In this document: piece after piece, positions 29,195 to 38,835 of the stretch
How positions within the stretch are numbered: position 1 is the stretch's first letter
How the letters are laid out: each line of letters starts with the position of its first letter
From: an uncultured Candidatus Saccharibacteria bacterium
Lineage (GTDB): Bacteria; Patescibacteriota; Minisyncoccia; Phycocordibacterales; PCTT01
Assembly (NCBI GenBank): GCA_964566505.1
Contig: CAZMIM010000001.1
Span: 199,690-263,689 of the forward strand
Length of the DNA: 64,000 nt
Direction of reading: 5' to 3'
Made by a program: the position numbers and the translations under genes
Notes under the pieces: generated by a model
What the model was told of the DNA's origin: nothing
The model's input: only the letters and a program-made list of their open reading frames with translations
The model's database searches: none

Positions 29195-29638
29195 CTATTC
29201 ATCAATTGCTTGAATTCGTCGAGCATATCGCTCTTTGTTAGAAAATTCTGTAGAAAGCCAAATCTCTATAGCGCGTATTGCCTCTTGTGAAGTAAGAAAT
29301 CTTGCCCCAAGAGAAAGAATATTCGCATCATTGTGCTCACGAGTAAGTTTTACTATCTCCTCACTTCCTCCATAATACACACCTGCATATATCCCCTTAT
29401 ATCTATTACACACAATCGCCTCACCTTGTCCTGAACCACCAAGAACAATTCCTTTTCTGTGCTCTGGGTCTTCAGAAACAGCCTCAGCAACAGGCCTTAC
29501 AAAATCTACAAAATCATCATCTTCATCTGGCCCAAACGCCCCTTTGTCTACCACCTCATATTCTTTTTCTATAAGCCACGCGATTATGTCTTCTTTTAGG
29601 TCAAAACCTGCGTGGTCTGCTCCAATATATATTTTCAT
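29195..29638 (-). CDS. rpiB: Ribose-5-phosphate isomerase B
   Basis: GADHAG, GGSGQGE, REHNDANILSLGAR. Confidence 0.92.
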   Translation of the reverse strand: MKIYIGADHAGFDLKEDIIAWLIEKEYEVVDKGAFGPDEDDDFVDFVRPVAEAVSEDPEHRKGIVLGGSGQGEAIVCNRYKGIYAGVYYGGSEEIVKLTREHNDANILSLGARFLTSQEAIRAIEIWLSTEFSNKERYARRIQAIDE

Positions 29639-29640
29639 AA

Positions 29641-30675
29641 CTATAAACTTTTAGCTGTTTCTATAACATGCCGAACCAAAGTATTGGTATATCCCATTTC
29701 ATTGTCATACCATGCAAGTACTTTCACCATATTTCCACCAACAACCTTTGTCATTGATAAATCTACAATAGACGCATGTGTGTCTCCCACAATGTCTGAT
29801 GAAACCAATGGTTCTTCTGAGGCAGAAAGAATACCCTGCCATCGCTCTTCTTTTGCTGCTTTTCTAAATATCTCATTTACTTCCTCTACAGTGGTTTCTT
29901 TGTTGGTAATAAATGTAATATCAACAAGTGAACCTACCAAAATAGGAACCCTCACAGAAACTCCATCAAAGAAATCAATTCCTTCTACCGCTTTTGTTGT
30001 GGCAGCCGCAGCTCCTGTTGTAGTAGGAATAATATTTGTAATAGCTGCACGCCCACGACGAGGGTCTTTGTGATGTGGTGAATCTACAAGACGCTGACTT
30101 GATGTAACGCCGTGTATTGTATTGAGAACCGCTTTATCTATATCAAGAGACTCCTCCATCACAGACACCACAGGAGAGGCTGCATTTGTAGTACATGAAG
30201 CATTTGCAGATATTTTGCATGTCTTTAACTTATCGTGGTTTACGCCCATCAACACTGTTGCCCCGGGCACGTCTGATTGTGGCTCACCTTTTATTGGGGA
30301 AGAGACAACAACCTTTTTCGCACCAGCATCAATATGAGCACGAGCTCCTTCATAGCTTGCAAAAAATCCAGTCGACTCTACCACAACATCAATATCCATA
30401 TCTTTCCATGGAAGCTCTTTTGGATCTTTTACAGATAGAAAGGGGATTTCTCTTTTATTCACAATAAGCGCGGGATCATCGCCTGTACGCGCCTCAAGAG
30501 AATTAGCATATTTACCATACGCTGAGTCATACCTTAGTAGATACTCAAGGTTTTCAATGTCAGCCAAGTCATTGATGGCAACTACTTCTATCTCAGGATA
30601 ATTTTCAGAGAGACGAAAAAAAGCACGCCCAATTCTCCCAAAACCATTGATTGCTACTCTCACCTTTTTATTCAT
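29641..30675 (-). CDS. gap: Glyceraldehyde-3-phosphate dehydrogenase, type I
   Basis: INGFGRIGR, ASCTTN, WYDNE. Confidence 0.96.
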   Translation of the reverse strand: MNKKVRVAINGFGRIGRAFFRLSENYPEIEVVAINDLADIENLEYLLRYDSAYGKYANSLEARTGDDPALIVNKREIPFLSVKDPKELPWKDMDIDVVVESTGFFASYEGARAHIDAGAKKVVVSSPIKGEPQSDVPGATVLMGVNHDKLKTCKISANASCTTNAASPVVSVMEESLDIDKAVLNTIHGVTSSQRLVDSPHHKDPRRGRAAITNIIPTTTGAAAATTKAVEGIDFFDGVSVRVPILVGSLVDITFITNKETTVEEVNEIFRKAAKEERWQGILSASEEPLVSSDIVGDTHASIVDLSMTKVVGGNMVKVLAWYDNEMGYTNTLVRHVIETAKSL

Positions 30676-30705
30676 AAATATAGTTTATTATTTATTAATA
30701 ATACC

Positions 30706-31398
30706 TTATTTGCGTCTTGCACGCTTTGAGCTTTTCCCTGCAGTAAACACAGTTTCTTTCATATAAATAATCGCATCTCCCCATTTGCGCATAATCCTAT
30801 CGTGCATAAACTTTGCATACAAAAATAGAATTATAAGAAATGCACCAAGAACAAGTCCTGTAGTATTTATCAAAAATCGCGCGTCCTGCACGGCACCTCC
30901 AAGGTAATACCCAAGACCCACAAAAATACCACTCCATATTATCTGACTAAAAAACGAAGCGATATAGTGTCTTTTAAATGCCACTCCAAGCATTCCACCT
31001 ATTACCGCCAAAATATCAGTCAAAGCGACCGTTGGAGAAACCTTAAGAAAGAAAAAGAGTTTTCCATAGTGGTCTTTGACCACATTTACCCAGCTTGTAC
31101 CTGGAGTGTGTTCTGCTTCTTCAATACGAGCAATAATTCTTCGAGATTTAGGAAATCGCTTTAGAAAACCTTGCCCTCTTCTCCCAAGCCAGAAAAGTGA
31201 TGCATCTGTAGTGGTAGTAGTAACAAACCAAATCAAAAAGAAAGTGAAGGGGTTAAGTGAGCTGATTGATGCAAAAAACCCACCAGCAAAACCAGCAACG
31301 GGGCCAAGTGCTATAACAAGCAGGGGGTAAATATAGTATCCGTATTCAGAAAGCCATTGAAACAGAGATTGTCCGAAAAACAGTTCTTGTCCTGTCAT
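30706..31398 (-). CDS. DedA/VTT-family membrane protein
   Basis: D...FWLGR and GLGYYLG pattern, hydrophobic profile. Confidence 0.7.
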   Translation of the reverse strand: MTGQELFFGQSLFQWLSEYGYYIYPLLVIALGPVAGFAGGFFASISSLNPFTFFLIWFVTTTTTDASLFWLGRRGQGFLKRFPKSRRIIARIEEAEHTPGTSWVNVVKDHYGKLFFFLKVSPTVALTDILAVIGGMLGVAFKRHYIASFFSQIIWSGIFVGLGYYLGGAVQDARFLINTTGLVLGAFLIILFLYAKFMHDRIMRKWGDAIIYMKETVFTAGKSSKRARRK

Positions 31399-31429
31399 AT
31401 AGAGTCAGTATACCAGCTTATAATAATTG

Positions 31430-31569
31430 AAAAAGACAAGCCCCAACAGCACATTGCTGATGGGGCTTCGAGCGTCGTCGGCTTGGGAGTCTGTCACACA
31501 ACCAACTACCTGGTACTCTTTCGGACCTCTGGCGGTCCTTGACTGGTCTCATTGGCTGCAACAAGACTT
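31430..31569 (-). ncRNA. Candidate small structured RNA
   Basis: TATAAT at 31576-31581, ~80-nt hairpin with internal bubble, then AAGCCCCA/TGGGGCTT terminator and U-run. Confidence 0.4.
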
Positions 31570-31650
31570 ACTTTCATTATACACCCACAAAGAAGTAATA
31601 CCTCTGTGTACAACATTTGCTTTTTCCAAAACCTCAAGTAATCTCTAGAT

Positions 31651-32379
31651 ATGGAATATCCAATACGAATAAATAGATATCTTTATCTCAACAATATCTG
31701 CAGTCGACGACAAGCAGACCGTTTTATTGAACAAAAACTCGTATATATAAACGGTAAGCCCGCTGTACTAGGGCAACAAGTAGAAGAGGGTGACACTGTA
31801 GAGCTAAAAGGTAGGGCTCAAAAGCATGTATCAAACTATCAATATATTATTTACCACAAACCTCGTGGAGTTGTCAGCCACAACCCACAACGTGGAGAAA
31901 AAGCAGTGACAGACCTTGTAAAAAGTAAGCAAAAAGTAGACCCCATTGGGCGTCTAGACAAAGACTCTACAGGCCTGATGCTTCTCTCAAACGATGGACG
32001 ACTTGTAAACAAAATGCTTCACCCAGATTTTTCACATGAAAAAGAATATGTTGTGAGTGTAAACAAAGAGCTAAAACCAAGCTTCAAGAAAAAAATGGAA
32101 GGTGGGGTAAACATAGAAGGATATGTTACAAAGCCTGCACGCATTAAAATCACAGGAGATAAAACATTTAAAATAATTCTCACAGAAGGTAAAAAACACC
32201 AAATCCGAAGAATGTGCATGGCTCTTGGCTATACAGTAGTTACACTAAAACGCGTACGAATGATGGATATAAAACTTTCTAAACTAAAAGAAGGCGCACA
32301 GCGCCCACTTACAGAAAAAGAAAAGAGTATTCTATTTTCACAGCTTGGAATTACTGAGCAGCCAACACTGCAAAGTTAA
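31651..32379 (+). CDS. rRNA pseudouridine synthase (RsuA/RluF family, S4 domain)
   Basis: CSRRQAD, GRLDKDSTGL, EGKKHQIRRM. Confidence 0.93.
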   Translation: MEYPIRINRYLYLNNICSRRQADRFIEQKLVYINGKPAVLGQQVEEGDTVELKGRAQKHVSNYQYIIYHKPRGVVSHNPQRGEKAVTDLVKSKQKVDPIGRLDKDSTGLMLLSNDGRLVNKMLHPDFSHEKEYVVSVNKELKPSFKKKMEGGVNIEGYVTKPARIKITGDKTFKIILTEGKKHQIRRMCMALGYTVVTLKRVRMMDIKLSKLKEGAQRPLTEKEKSILFSQLGITEQPTLQS

Positions 32380-32467
32380 GTAGTGTAATCACCATACTGA
32401 AAAATCCAGTAATAAAGGCGATTCTTGTTGCACGGTCCTTTAGCCATGTGTCCATAAAATTCTTCAT
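32351..32467 (-). CDS. Putative 38-aa single-TM peptide
   Basis: MKNFMDTWLKDRATRIAFITGFFSMVITLLNFAVLAAQ; ATG supplied by element copy D; TATAAT upstream of the element. Confidence 0.55.
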   Translation of the reverse strand: MKNFMDTWLKDRATRIAFITGFFSMVITLLNFAVLAAQ

Positions 32468-32608
32468 CCTGTAGTAAAAAATTAGTTTGATTAATTAGAC
32501 AAGTTGGTTTCGACACAACCAAGTCTATGTATATCATTTCCCGTATGTCTAATTAATCTCTGTTGAAGTAGTTAGTACTACTTCAACGAACTAATTTATA
32601 CTACGGGA
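32467..32608 (-). mobile_element. Start-codon-abutting TIR element, copy D (142 bp)
   Basis: Close variant of B/C; TTCA direct repeats; one TIR mismatch. Confidence 0.85.
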
Positions 32609-32660
32609 TTCATATTTTAATTATACAATGTTCCAATCACCACAACCTATGTATTCCACA

Positions 32661-33980
32661 CTAAATCTCAGACAGATCCCTATCTGTAAATAGGTTAAGT
32701 GTCCACTCAAGTGCTGTTCGAGCCTTGGCACGAGCACCAAATATCTTAGAGAGATATGCTGTTCTGTATATCCACCATGCAATAAATCCAGAAAATCTCA
32801 TACCAAATAGCCTAGCGAGCGCTCCACCCTTACCAAGAGACACGATAAATCCCTTATCTTCGGCATGAAATGGAGCTCTATCTGAATTTCCTTCTACCAT
32901 ATTAAAAATATTACGAGCAGCAACAACTCCTTGCTTTACCGCAAATTGCGCTCGTGTTGGATATGCTTTTGTGTCGTCATCTCTATGTGGCACCCATCCA
33001 ATATCTCCAATAGCAAAAACATGTTCATGTGAGGGGAGAGAGAGCGCACGATTTGTCTTTACTCTACCACTACGCTCATCGAGTGAAATTTCTTTTGAAG
33101 ATTTATACATTGTATTGTTTGCTGTAACGCCAGCAGTCCATATAACAGTCCCACCACTTATGTGTGTGTCTCCTACCCACACCCCACTCTCATCAACTTT
33201 TGAAACCCGTGAGTTTAGTAATACACGTACCTTTCCTTTTGCCTCCAAAATCTCCTGCGTCTTTTTTGCAAACCATTCTTCTTCTACTGAAATAAGCTGT
33301 GCACCACCTTGAACTACATGGATAGAAGAAAGAGGGTAAAGCTCTGGATAAATTTTCCTGAGCTCCCCATTTAAAATATCCCCCATTTCACCAGCAAGCT
33401 CAACACCAGAAGGACCACCTCCAACAATAATAAATGTTAGAAGTTGTTTCTTTTTATCTTCTTCTGAAACAAGCTGTGCCTCTTCAAAGCGGTTCAGAAT
33501 ATGATTTTTGATTTTGCGTGCATCCTCCAGGTCATTCATGGTCATACAGTATTTCTCTGCTCCTTCTACACCAAAAAAGTTTGTTTTTGAGCCTGTTGCA
33601 AGAACCAAATAATCATAAGAAACTAGCCCGCCTTTTATATGATCACTATGTTCATCTGAAACACTTTGATTTAGATAAGTAATTTGCTTTCTATCAAAAT
33701 CAATCTCTGTAACCTCTCCTTCTACAAAATCATCCAAACAACACTCTGGAAGTGAGCGAATTGACTGTGTGATACTACCTGGCAAAAGGTTACCAATGGC
33801 AACCTCGTGAATCATTGGTTTGAATACAAAATAATCGTTTTTGTTGATTATTGTGATAAATACATCATCTCTATTATGAAAAAGTTCGTGCAATCCAAGA
33901 TATGTATATAGACCAGCAAAGCCAGCCCCAACGATAACTATTCGTTTTTTACCTCCACCTCGCTCTTGAATACTTGCCAT
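32661..33980 (-). CDS. ndh: Type II NADH dehydrogenase
   Basis: GAGFAG, YDYLVLATG, GGGPSGVELAGE, WTAG, FAIGD, AQFA.KQG. Confidence 0.9.
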   Translation of the reverse strand: MASIQERGGGKKRIVIVGAGFAGLYTYLGLHELFHNRDDVFITIINKNDYFVFKPMIHEVAIGNLLPGSITQSIRSLPECCLDDFVEGEVTEIDFDRKQITYLNQSVSDEHSDHIKGGLVSYDYLVLATGSKTNFFGVEGAEKYCMTMNDLEDARKIKNHILNRFEEAQLVSEEDKKKQLLTFIIVGGGPSGVELAGEMGDILNGELRKIYPELYPLSSIHVVQGGAQLISVEEEWFAKKTQEILEAKGKVRVLLNSRVSKVDESGVWVGDTHISGGTVIWTAGVTANNTMYKSSKEISLDERSGRVKTNRALSLPSHEHVFAIGDIGWVPHRDDDTKAYPTRAQFAVKQGVVAARNIFNMVEGNSDRAPFHAEDKGFIVSLGKGGALARLFGMRFSGFIAWWIYRTAYLSKIFGARAKARTALEWTLNLFTDRDLSEI

Positions 33981-34012
33981 ATAAACGCATTATATCAGAG
34001 AAATAAAAAAAA

Positions 34013-34142
34013 CCGTCCTATCGGCCAGCGCAACGAGGTGTTTTGGTGTAGCCCACCGTGATGGGCGACGTGCGATTCGAGCCACCCATAGGGTACTTTC
34101 TTTATCGCAACACTTCTCGTGCGCTGGCCGATCAAGGATCGG
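34013..34142 (-). ncRNA. Candidate rod-shaped RNA with central bubble (6S-like architecture)
   Basis: ATCGGCCAGCGCA/TGCGCTGGCCGAT stem, further paired segments, terminal hairpin; U8 tail on minus strand. Confidence 0.4.
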
Positions 34143-34533
34143 CTCAGGTGCTGTCTTCTAGCTCCTTTTATACATCCACACCAGGTGGCGCAAAAAGGGG
34201 ACGGAAGACAGACTTGTTTGTTCTGACGAAACATCGTTTTTGGATACGAGTCAGCAGCTTGTTGAACCGTGGAATACGATACAGATTAGATTCTTCGTTG
34301 ATCGAGGTACGAAGATACAGACAGTATTTTGCCCGTGCGCCCTTCGCATCGGGATGGAGATGACCATCGCGAGATCGAGTTGAATCATTTCGTCTGTTAA
34401 TTCGAAAGAACAGTGTCCTTGTCTAAGGGACTTGTGTGGAGAATGCCGGGACATTCAGTACAGACGTATTGAGTACGTATACGAAAAAACACATTTCTGT
34501 GTACTAGACAAAAATGTGTTTGTATACTCCTCT

Positions 34534-35208
34534 TTATTTTGATTTTGGCCACCTATTTGCCGCCTCTGGATATATTTTTGTAAGAAAATGCTCCTCACAA
34601 TCATGTTCTCTGGCAGTACACACTTCGCGTCCATATGTAATAAATCTATAGGTTAGGTCAAACCACTCATCGCGGGGTAATAACCCCATTAAATCTCTCT
34701 CAATAATGTCAGGATTCTTTGAATCCGTAAGGTCAAATTTTTGCGCAAACCTTCGCACATGTGTGTCCACCGCAATACCTTCCACCACATCATATGCATT
34801 ACCAAGAACTACATTTGCGGTCTTTCGTCCCACACCTGGAAGCTCACGCATTTCCTCCATAGTACGAGGAACTACCCCACCATATTTCTCAACAAGCGCT
34901 TTTGCCATGCCTATAATATTTTTTGCTTTGTTTTTATAAAAACCAGTAGAGTAAATATCTTTTTGAAACTCTTCTAAGTCTGCATTCGCATAATCCTCTG
35001 CAGTTTTGTACTTTTGAAACAAATCTTTTGTCACCATATTCACCCGCTCATCAGTACATTGCGCAGATAAAATAACAGCCACAAGCATCTCTAGTGGGTT
35101 TGAATATTCAAGAACTGTTTTTATCTTTCCTGGATAAGCTTCTTTGAGTGCTTTTGAGATTTTTTGTGCACGTTCTTTTCGCTCTTTATGTTTTTCCTTA
35201 TCAGACAT
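34534..35208 (-). CDS. nth: Endonuclease III
   Basis: LSAQCTD, LPGVGRKTANVV (HhH), AVDTHV. Confidence 0.93.
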   Translation of the reverse strand: MSDKEKHKERKERAQKISKALKEAYPGKIKTVLEYSNPLEMLVAVILSAQCTDERVNMVTKDLFQKYKTAEDYANADLEEFQKDIYSTGFYKNKAKNIIGMAKALVEKYGGVVPRTMEEMRELPGVGRKTANVVLGNAYDVVEGIAVDTHVRRFAQKFDLTDSKNPDIIERDLMGLLPRDEWFDLTYRFITYGREVCTAREHDCEEHFLTKIYPEAANRWPKSK

Positions 35209-35636
35209 TAGATTTCTATTTTCTTACACACATATGCACCCAGAATAAAAAGAAGAAGAGATAGAGTTGCCGATATCATACAATACTGACAAATAGCATT
35301 TAAAACAAAGAGCTGTAGATAAACAAGATATAGACTTACGCCCAATCCAATCAACGGAAGTACTAGGAGCTTTTTAGCAAACGCCATATTTTTTGACCCA
35401 AGCACATAAAGACCCCCAAAGAAAAGTGATAGGTAGAAAAGAAGCCCGAACCCAGCAAGGGGAACACCAAACACTTCTGAATATATACTTGAAAGCACAA
35501 CATCACATCCTTCTACAATAGAGCAAATTACTTCTGTGTTTGAAAGATGAGAAATAGTTAAATACCCAGAATCAAGGATTCCTACAAATGATAGTAAAAC
35601 AATTATCCAAAATGTTGCTTGAACTTTTTCTGACAT
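35208..35636 (-). CDS. VKOR-family disulfide bond formation protein
   Basis: C..x..CD.VL.S.YS, FGVP, CQYC. Confidence 0.9.
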   Translation of the reverse strand: MSEKVQATFWIIVLLSFVGILDSGYLTISHLSNTEVICSIVEGCDVVLSSIYSEVFGVPLAGFGLLFYLSLFFGGLYVLGSKNMAFAKKLLVLPLIGLGVSLYLVYLQLFVLNAICQYCMISATLSLLLFILGAYVCKKIEI

Positions 35637-35641
35637 AGTCT

Positions 35642-36070
35642 CTATTTAGATGAACACCGATCACATGTGCCGAACATTTCAAAAGAGTGGTCTGTGATTT
35701 TGTTAAACTTCTCAGACTGCTCTAGTACTTGCCTAGAAAGAGAATCTGACTCACATATATAAAACTTTTCTATATAACCACAATCAGTACATACGATATG
35801 GTGGTGATGATCATCTCCATTAAATTCATAAAACATACTATCACGACGCATATCGACTTCTCGAAGTATTCCTTTATCTTTAAATAGTTTTAGATTTCGA
35901 TAAATCGTAACAAAGTGCACACCGCTATCTGCAAGAACATCAATAACATCGTCTGCACTAAATGGCCCCGAAAAAGCCATCACGATTGAGATTAGTTTGA
36001 TTCGCAAAGATGTAGATTTGATACCAGCAGAAGATAAAATTGATTTTGCTGAAGAGTTGTTTGAATGCAT
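35642..36070 (-). CDS. Fur-family regulator, probably Zur
   Basis: TIYRNL, HHHHIVCTDCG, C-terminal CDRC; divergent from ZIP transporter. Confidence 0.88.
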   Translation of the reverse strand: MHSNNSSAKSILSSAGIKSTSLRIKLISIVMAFSGPFSADDVIDVLADSGVHFVTIYRNLKLFKDKGILREVDMRRDSMFYEFNGDDHHHHIVCTDCGYIEKFYICESDSLSRQVLEQSEKFNKITDHSFEMFGTCDRCSSK

Positions 36071-36124
36071 AGTAAAATATTACGTTGACATCAATATAGG
36101 GCTATATTACACTGTCTCTGGACT

Positions 36125-36145
36125 AAATGCAAATGATTTGCATTT
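36125..36145. promoter_or_regulatory. Putative Fur/Zur operator AAATGCAAATGATTTGCATTT
   Basis: Perfect 10-1-10 palindrome between the Fur-family gene and ZIP, downstream of TTGACA at 36085. Confidence 0.75.
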
Positions 36146-36182
36146 GAAATAGGAGAGAGAAAACCTCAAAAAACACGAAAAA

Positions 36183-36947
36183 ATGAGCGTAGTCACATAC
36201 ACACTACTCGCTGCATCTTCAATAATGCTTATTTCACTCGTGGGAGTATTGTTTACATGGACTACCTTCAAAGTATTCATGGAACGAAACCTCCCCTACC
36301 TCGGCGCATTGTCTGCCGGAGTGTTTGGGATTGTAGCATTGCACTTAATTATGGAAGCGGCGCACATACTCGAAAATACTGCGATGATTGTATTGTATGC
36401 AGTCGTTGGAGTGTTTGCTCTCTGGAAGATTGGTACATGGTTTCCAGAGTCACACCACCACGAATCAGCCGAGTGCACAGACACTCATTCAAAGCGTGGC
36501 GCAAAGCACATGCTTATAGGAGACTCTCTTTGTAATATTGCCGATGGAGCCATTATCGCTCCTGCGTTTATGATAAGCGTACCACTTGGTATAAGCGCAA
36601 CAATCGGCATACTCACGCACGAAATCGTGCAAGAGATTGGAGAGTTCTTTCTATACAAAAAAGCAGGATACAGTACCAGAAAAGCCCTTGCGCTAAACTT
36701 CCTGTCTGCATCTACGATTTTCATCGGGGCTGGAGCAGGACTTGTTTTATCTCAACAACAGGATTTTCTTGGACCACTTCTTGCTATGGCTGGTGGAGGC
36801 TTCATCTATATGGTGATAGTCGACATGATGCCAAGCTCGTACAAAACAATGAAAGCTTCAGGAAAATACAGACAACACGGCCTTTCCTTTGTTGCTGGCG
36901 TTGTTTTGATGACAACTGTTTTGCTTTTTGGGCACATGGGACATTAA
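36183..36947 (+). CDS. ZIP-family metal (zinc) transporter
   Basis: His-rich loop, D.LCNIADG, HEIVQEIGEF. Confidence 0.88.
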   Translation: MSVVTYTLLAASSIMLISLVGVLFTWTTFKVFMERNLPYLGALSAGVFGIVALHLIMEAAHILENTAMIVLYAVVGVFALWKIGTWFPESHHHESAECTDTHSKRGAKHMLIGDSLCNIADGAIIAPAFMISVPLGISATIGILTHEIVQEIGEFFLYKKAGYSTRKALALNFLSASTIFIGAGAGLVLSQQQDFLGPLLAMAGGGFIYMVIVDMMPSSYKTMKASGKYRQHGLSFVAGVVLMTTVLLFGHMGH

Positions 36948-37068
36948 AACGTGTCTCTCCCCTTTCAAAGCCCTCGCATCTTATGATGCGGGGGCTTTCT
37001 TGCATAAACACAAAATATGTTGTATTGTGTTTACAGAAACTGAACACTCACAAACCGAGGATATTTCC

Positions 37069-37476
37069 ATGACCAGCGAGCCAGTGCTTGTCTTCATGTG
37101 TCTGTTAGTAGCCACTTTGTGCCTTTGGTACTACACAAGGCTAAGGTTTTTGAACGGAAATGAAGTCAACAAAATCCACGTTGTGTCAGCTATCGTGGTG
37201 TGTGTATCTGGAGTGATAATGTCATTCCATGGATGGTTTCAAATACAGGAGCTCCAAACGGTTTGGAGCGTCATTGAAACACTCTCAAGCGTTACATTAG
37301 CTGGAGTTATGCTTATGTGTAGCTTCCAGACATACTTCATGTTCAAAAAACGAAGAGAGACATACAATAGAAGGAGGTATGAATCAAACATCATTCCACT
37401 TCTAGATTTGCACATACCCACAATACTTTTGGCGTTAATTGTTACATCAACAATCGCTTCGACTTTCACCGGATAA
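37069..37476 (+). CDS. Hypothetical 4-TM membrane protein
   Basis: GAGGA upstream of ATG 37069; hairpin 37490-37516. Confidence 0.55.
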   Translation: MTSEPVLVFMCLLVATLCLWYYTRLRFLNGNEVNKIHVVSAIVVCVSGVIMSFHGWFQIQELQTVWSVIETLSSVTLAGVMLMCSFQTYFMFKKRRETYNRRRYESNIIPLLDLHIPTILLALIVTSTIASTFTG

Positions 37477-37516
37477 AATTCGAAAACCAAAAACCCCACA
37501 CTCTGTGTGGGGTTTT

Positions 37517-38026
37517 CTACATCTCTCTTGAGTCGTATGCCCAATGTATAAGCGATTGTCTTTGTTTTGTTCTGCATGCCCAGTCACCTTTTCTACAATT
37601 TTTAGTAAGTTGTGCCATGTGGCGCCTGTATGCCTTCCACCTCTTTATTTGTCTCTCATCTTCTTCAGGGATCCTTCTGCCTGAATAATACCGGCAATAC
37701 CACTCAAACCACCCTCGTGGGTCGTGCTTTTCATTTATCCATCCCTTCTTTCTCCATACAGAAAGTGGCTGACTTGCATGCACTCCAAAAAAATTGAGCG
37801 AATCGTCATGCTCCTCTGGAGAAAGTTTTGCCTTCTTAAACCAATCCTTAGGGTACTCGTCTTTTGTGTCTGTCATATATTTGCCTCCAAATACTCCTAG
37901 CTCTAGCATTTCTTTTGGTGAAAGGTCTGGTTTGAATTCTGGGTCAAAGTTTTTACCCATTGGTTCTACACGCTCGTATCGATAACCTTTCTGCATCTTG
38001 TTATTAACAACAACTTCTTTAGCCAT
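37517..38026 (-). CDS. Conserved hypothetical protein
   Basis: PKEMLELGVFGGKY...DPRGWFEWYCRYY.GRR...QIKRW. Confidence 0.75.
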   Translation of the reverse strand: MAKEVVVNNKMQKGYRYERVEPMGKNFDPEFKPDLSPKEMLELGVFGGKYMTDTKDEYPKDWFKKAKLSPEEHDDSLNFFGVHASQPLSVWRKKGWINEKHDPRGWFEWYCRYYSGRRIPEEDERQIKRWKAYRRHMAQLTKNCRKGDWACRTKQRQSLIHWAYDSREM

Positions 38027-38480
38027 ATATAAAAACAAGATAATACACAAGAAGCGCCAAACTTCCCCACCAACCCAGAATAGATACTAAAAATGATGCA
38101 GTAATTTTTCTTTGCATTTGTTTTGGAAGCAGTTTCTCTGAAAGCCCATTTCTCTCTTGTTTCAAAAGATAAGGACTTACTACAAATGTAAGGAATAGAC
38201 CATTAAGCACCAGAAGCACCGCAAGTATGGTGTGCACATACGATGTCCATACTCGCTCTACAGATGAGTAAAATAGCACACCACCAAAAATTGCCAGAAG
38301 TGTCCCAATCCATATAAGTGGTTTTGTTACTTTATGAGCCGTTGTTGTTGCTCTTGTCCAGTAACCTGAGTTACGGCCGAGAAACCCATGTAGATCGATC
38401 ACCGTTACGGCACCAAGACCTATTACGAATCCTGAGATAAATATAAACAGCCCTAAGAATTCTTGAGTTAATATTTCCAT
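38019..38480 (-). CDS. Hypothetical 4-TM membrane protein
   Basis: 153-aa hydrophobic ORF overlapping the next gene. Confidence 0.7.
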   Translation of the reverse strand: MEILTQEFLGLFIFISGFVIGLGAVTVIDLHGFLGRNSGYWTRATTTAHKVTKPLIWIGTLLAIFGGVLFYSSVERVWTSYVHTILAVLLVLNGLFLTFVVSPYLLKQERNGLSEKLLPKQMQRKITASFLVSILGWWGSLALLVYYLVFIYG

Positions 38481-38536
38481 ACATACTAATCATACCAAAA
38501 TAAAAAACACCCCGCGTGCGAGGTGTTTTTTATTAA

Positions 38537-38689
38537 TTACCAGTCTTCTTCTTCGTCATCGTCGAATGAAGGCATATCATCGTCTTCATCCTCTTCTTCG
38601 TCCTCATCAGAATCATCATCTTCCATTTCTTCGTCTTCCATTTCTTCATCCTCGAGGTCGAAGTCGTTTTCAAATTCTTCCATCATCAT
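38537..38689 (-). CDS. Very acidic ~50-aa peptide
   Basis: MMMEEFENDFDLEDEEMEDEEMEDDDSDEDEEEDEDDDMPSFDDDEEEDW; terminator 38504-38530. Confidence 0.6.
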   Translation of the reverse strand: MMMEEFENDFDLEDEEMEDEEMEDDDSDEDEEEDEDDDMPSFDDDEEEDW

Positions 38690-38835
38690 TTTGTTTGTGA
38701 TGTTAGTTCTTTTTGTTAATAGAACTGGCCCGTACAATTACTTTGGTGGGCCAAACCGACCATACGCGCGTTGCGTCCCCCACATTGTATTTCTATTTCC
38801 AAAAAAGGCAATACTTTTTTATAGAAAAATAACCC

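Noticed and set aside
31490-31550. Hammerhead ribozyme (stem followed by GAAA)
   Set aside because: The CUGANGA core is missing.
20590-32608. Repeated 144-bp elements as a CRISPR array
   Set aside because: Copies are dispersed, long and in both orientations, with no repeat-spacer periodicity and no cas genes.
33995-34454. Short ORFs 33995-34234, 34058-34363 and 34251-34454, and TGA read-through (code 25)
   Set aside because: No recognisable protein features; read-through gives no sensible product, and conserved genes in the window have no in-frame TGA.
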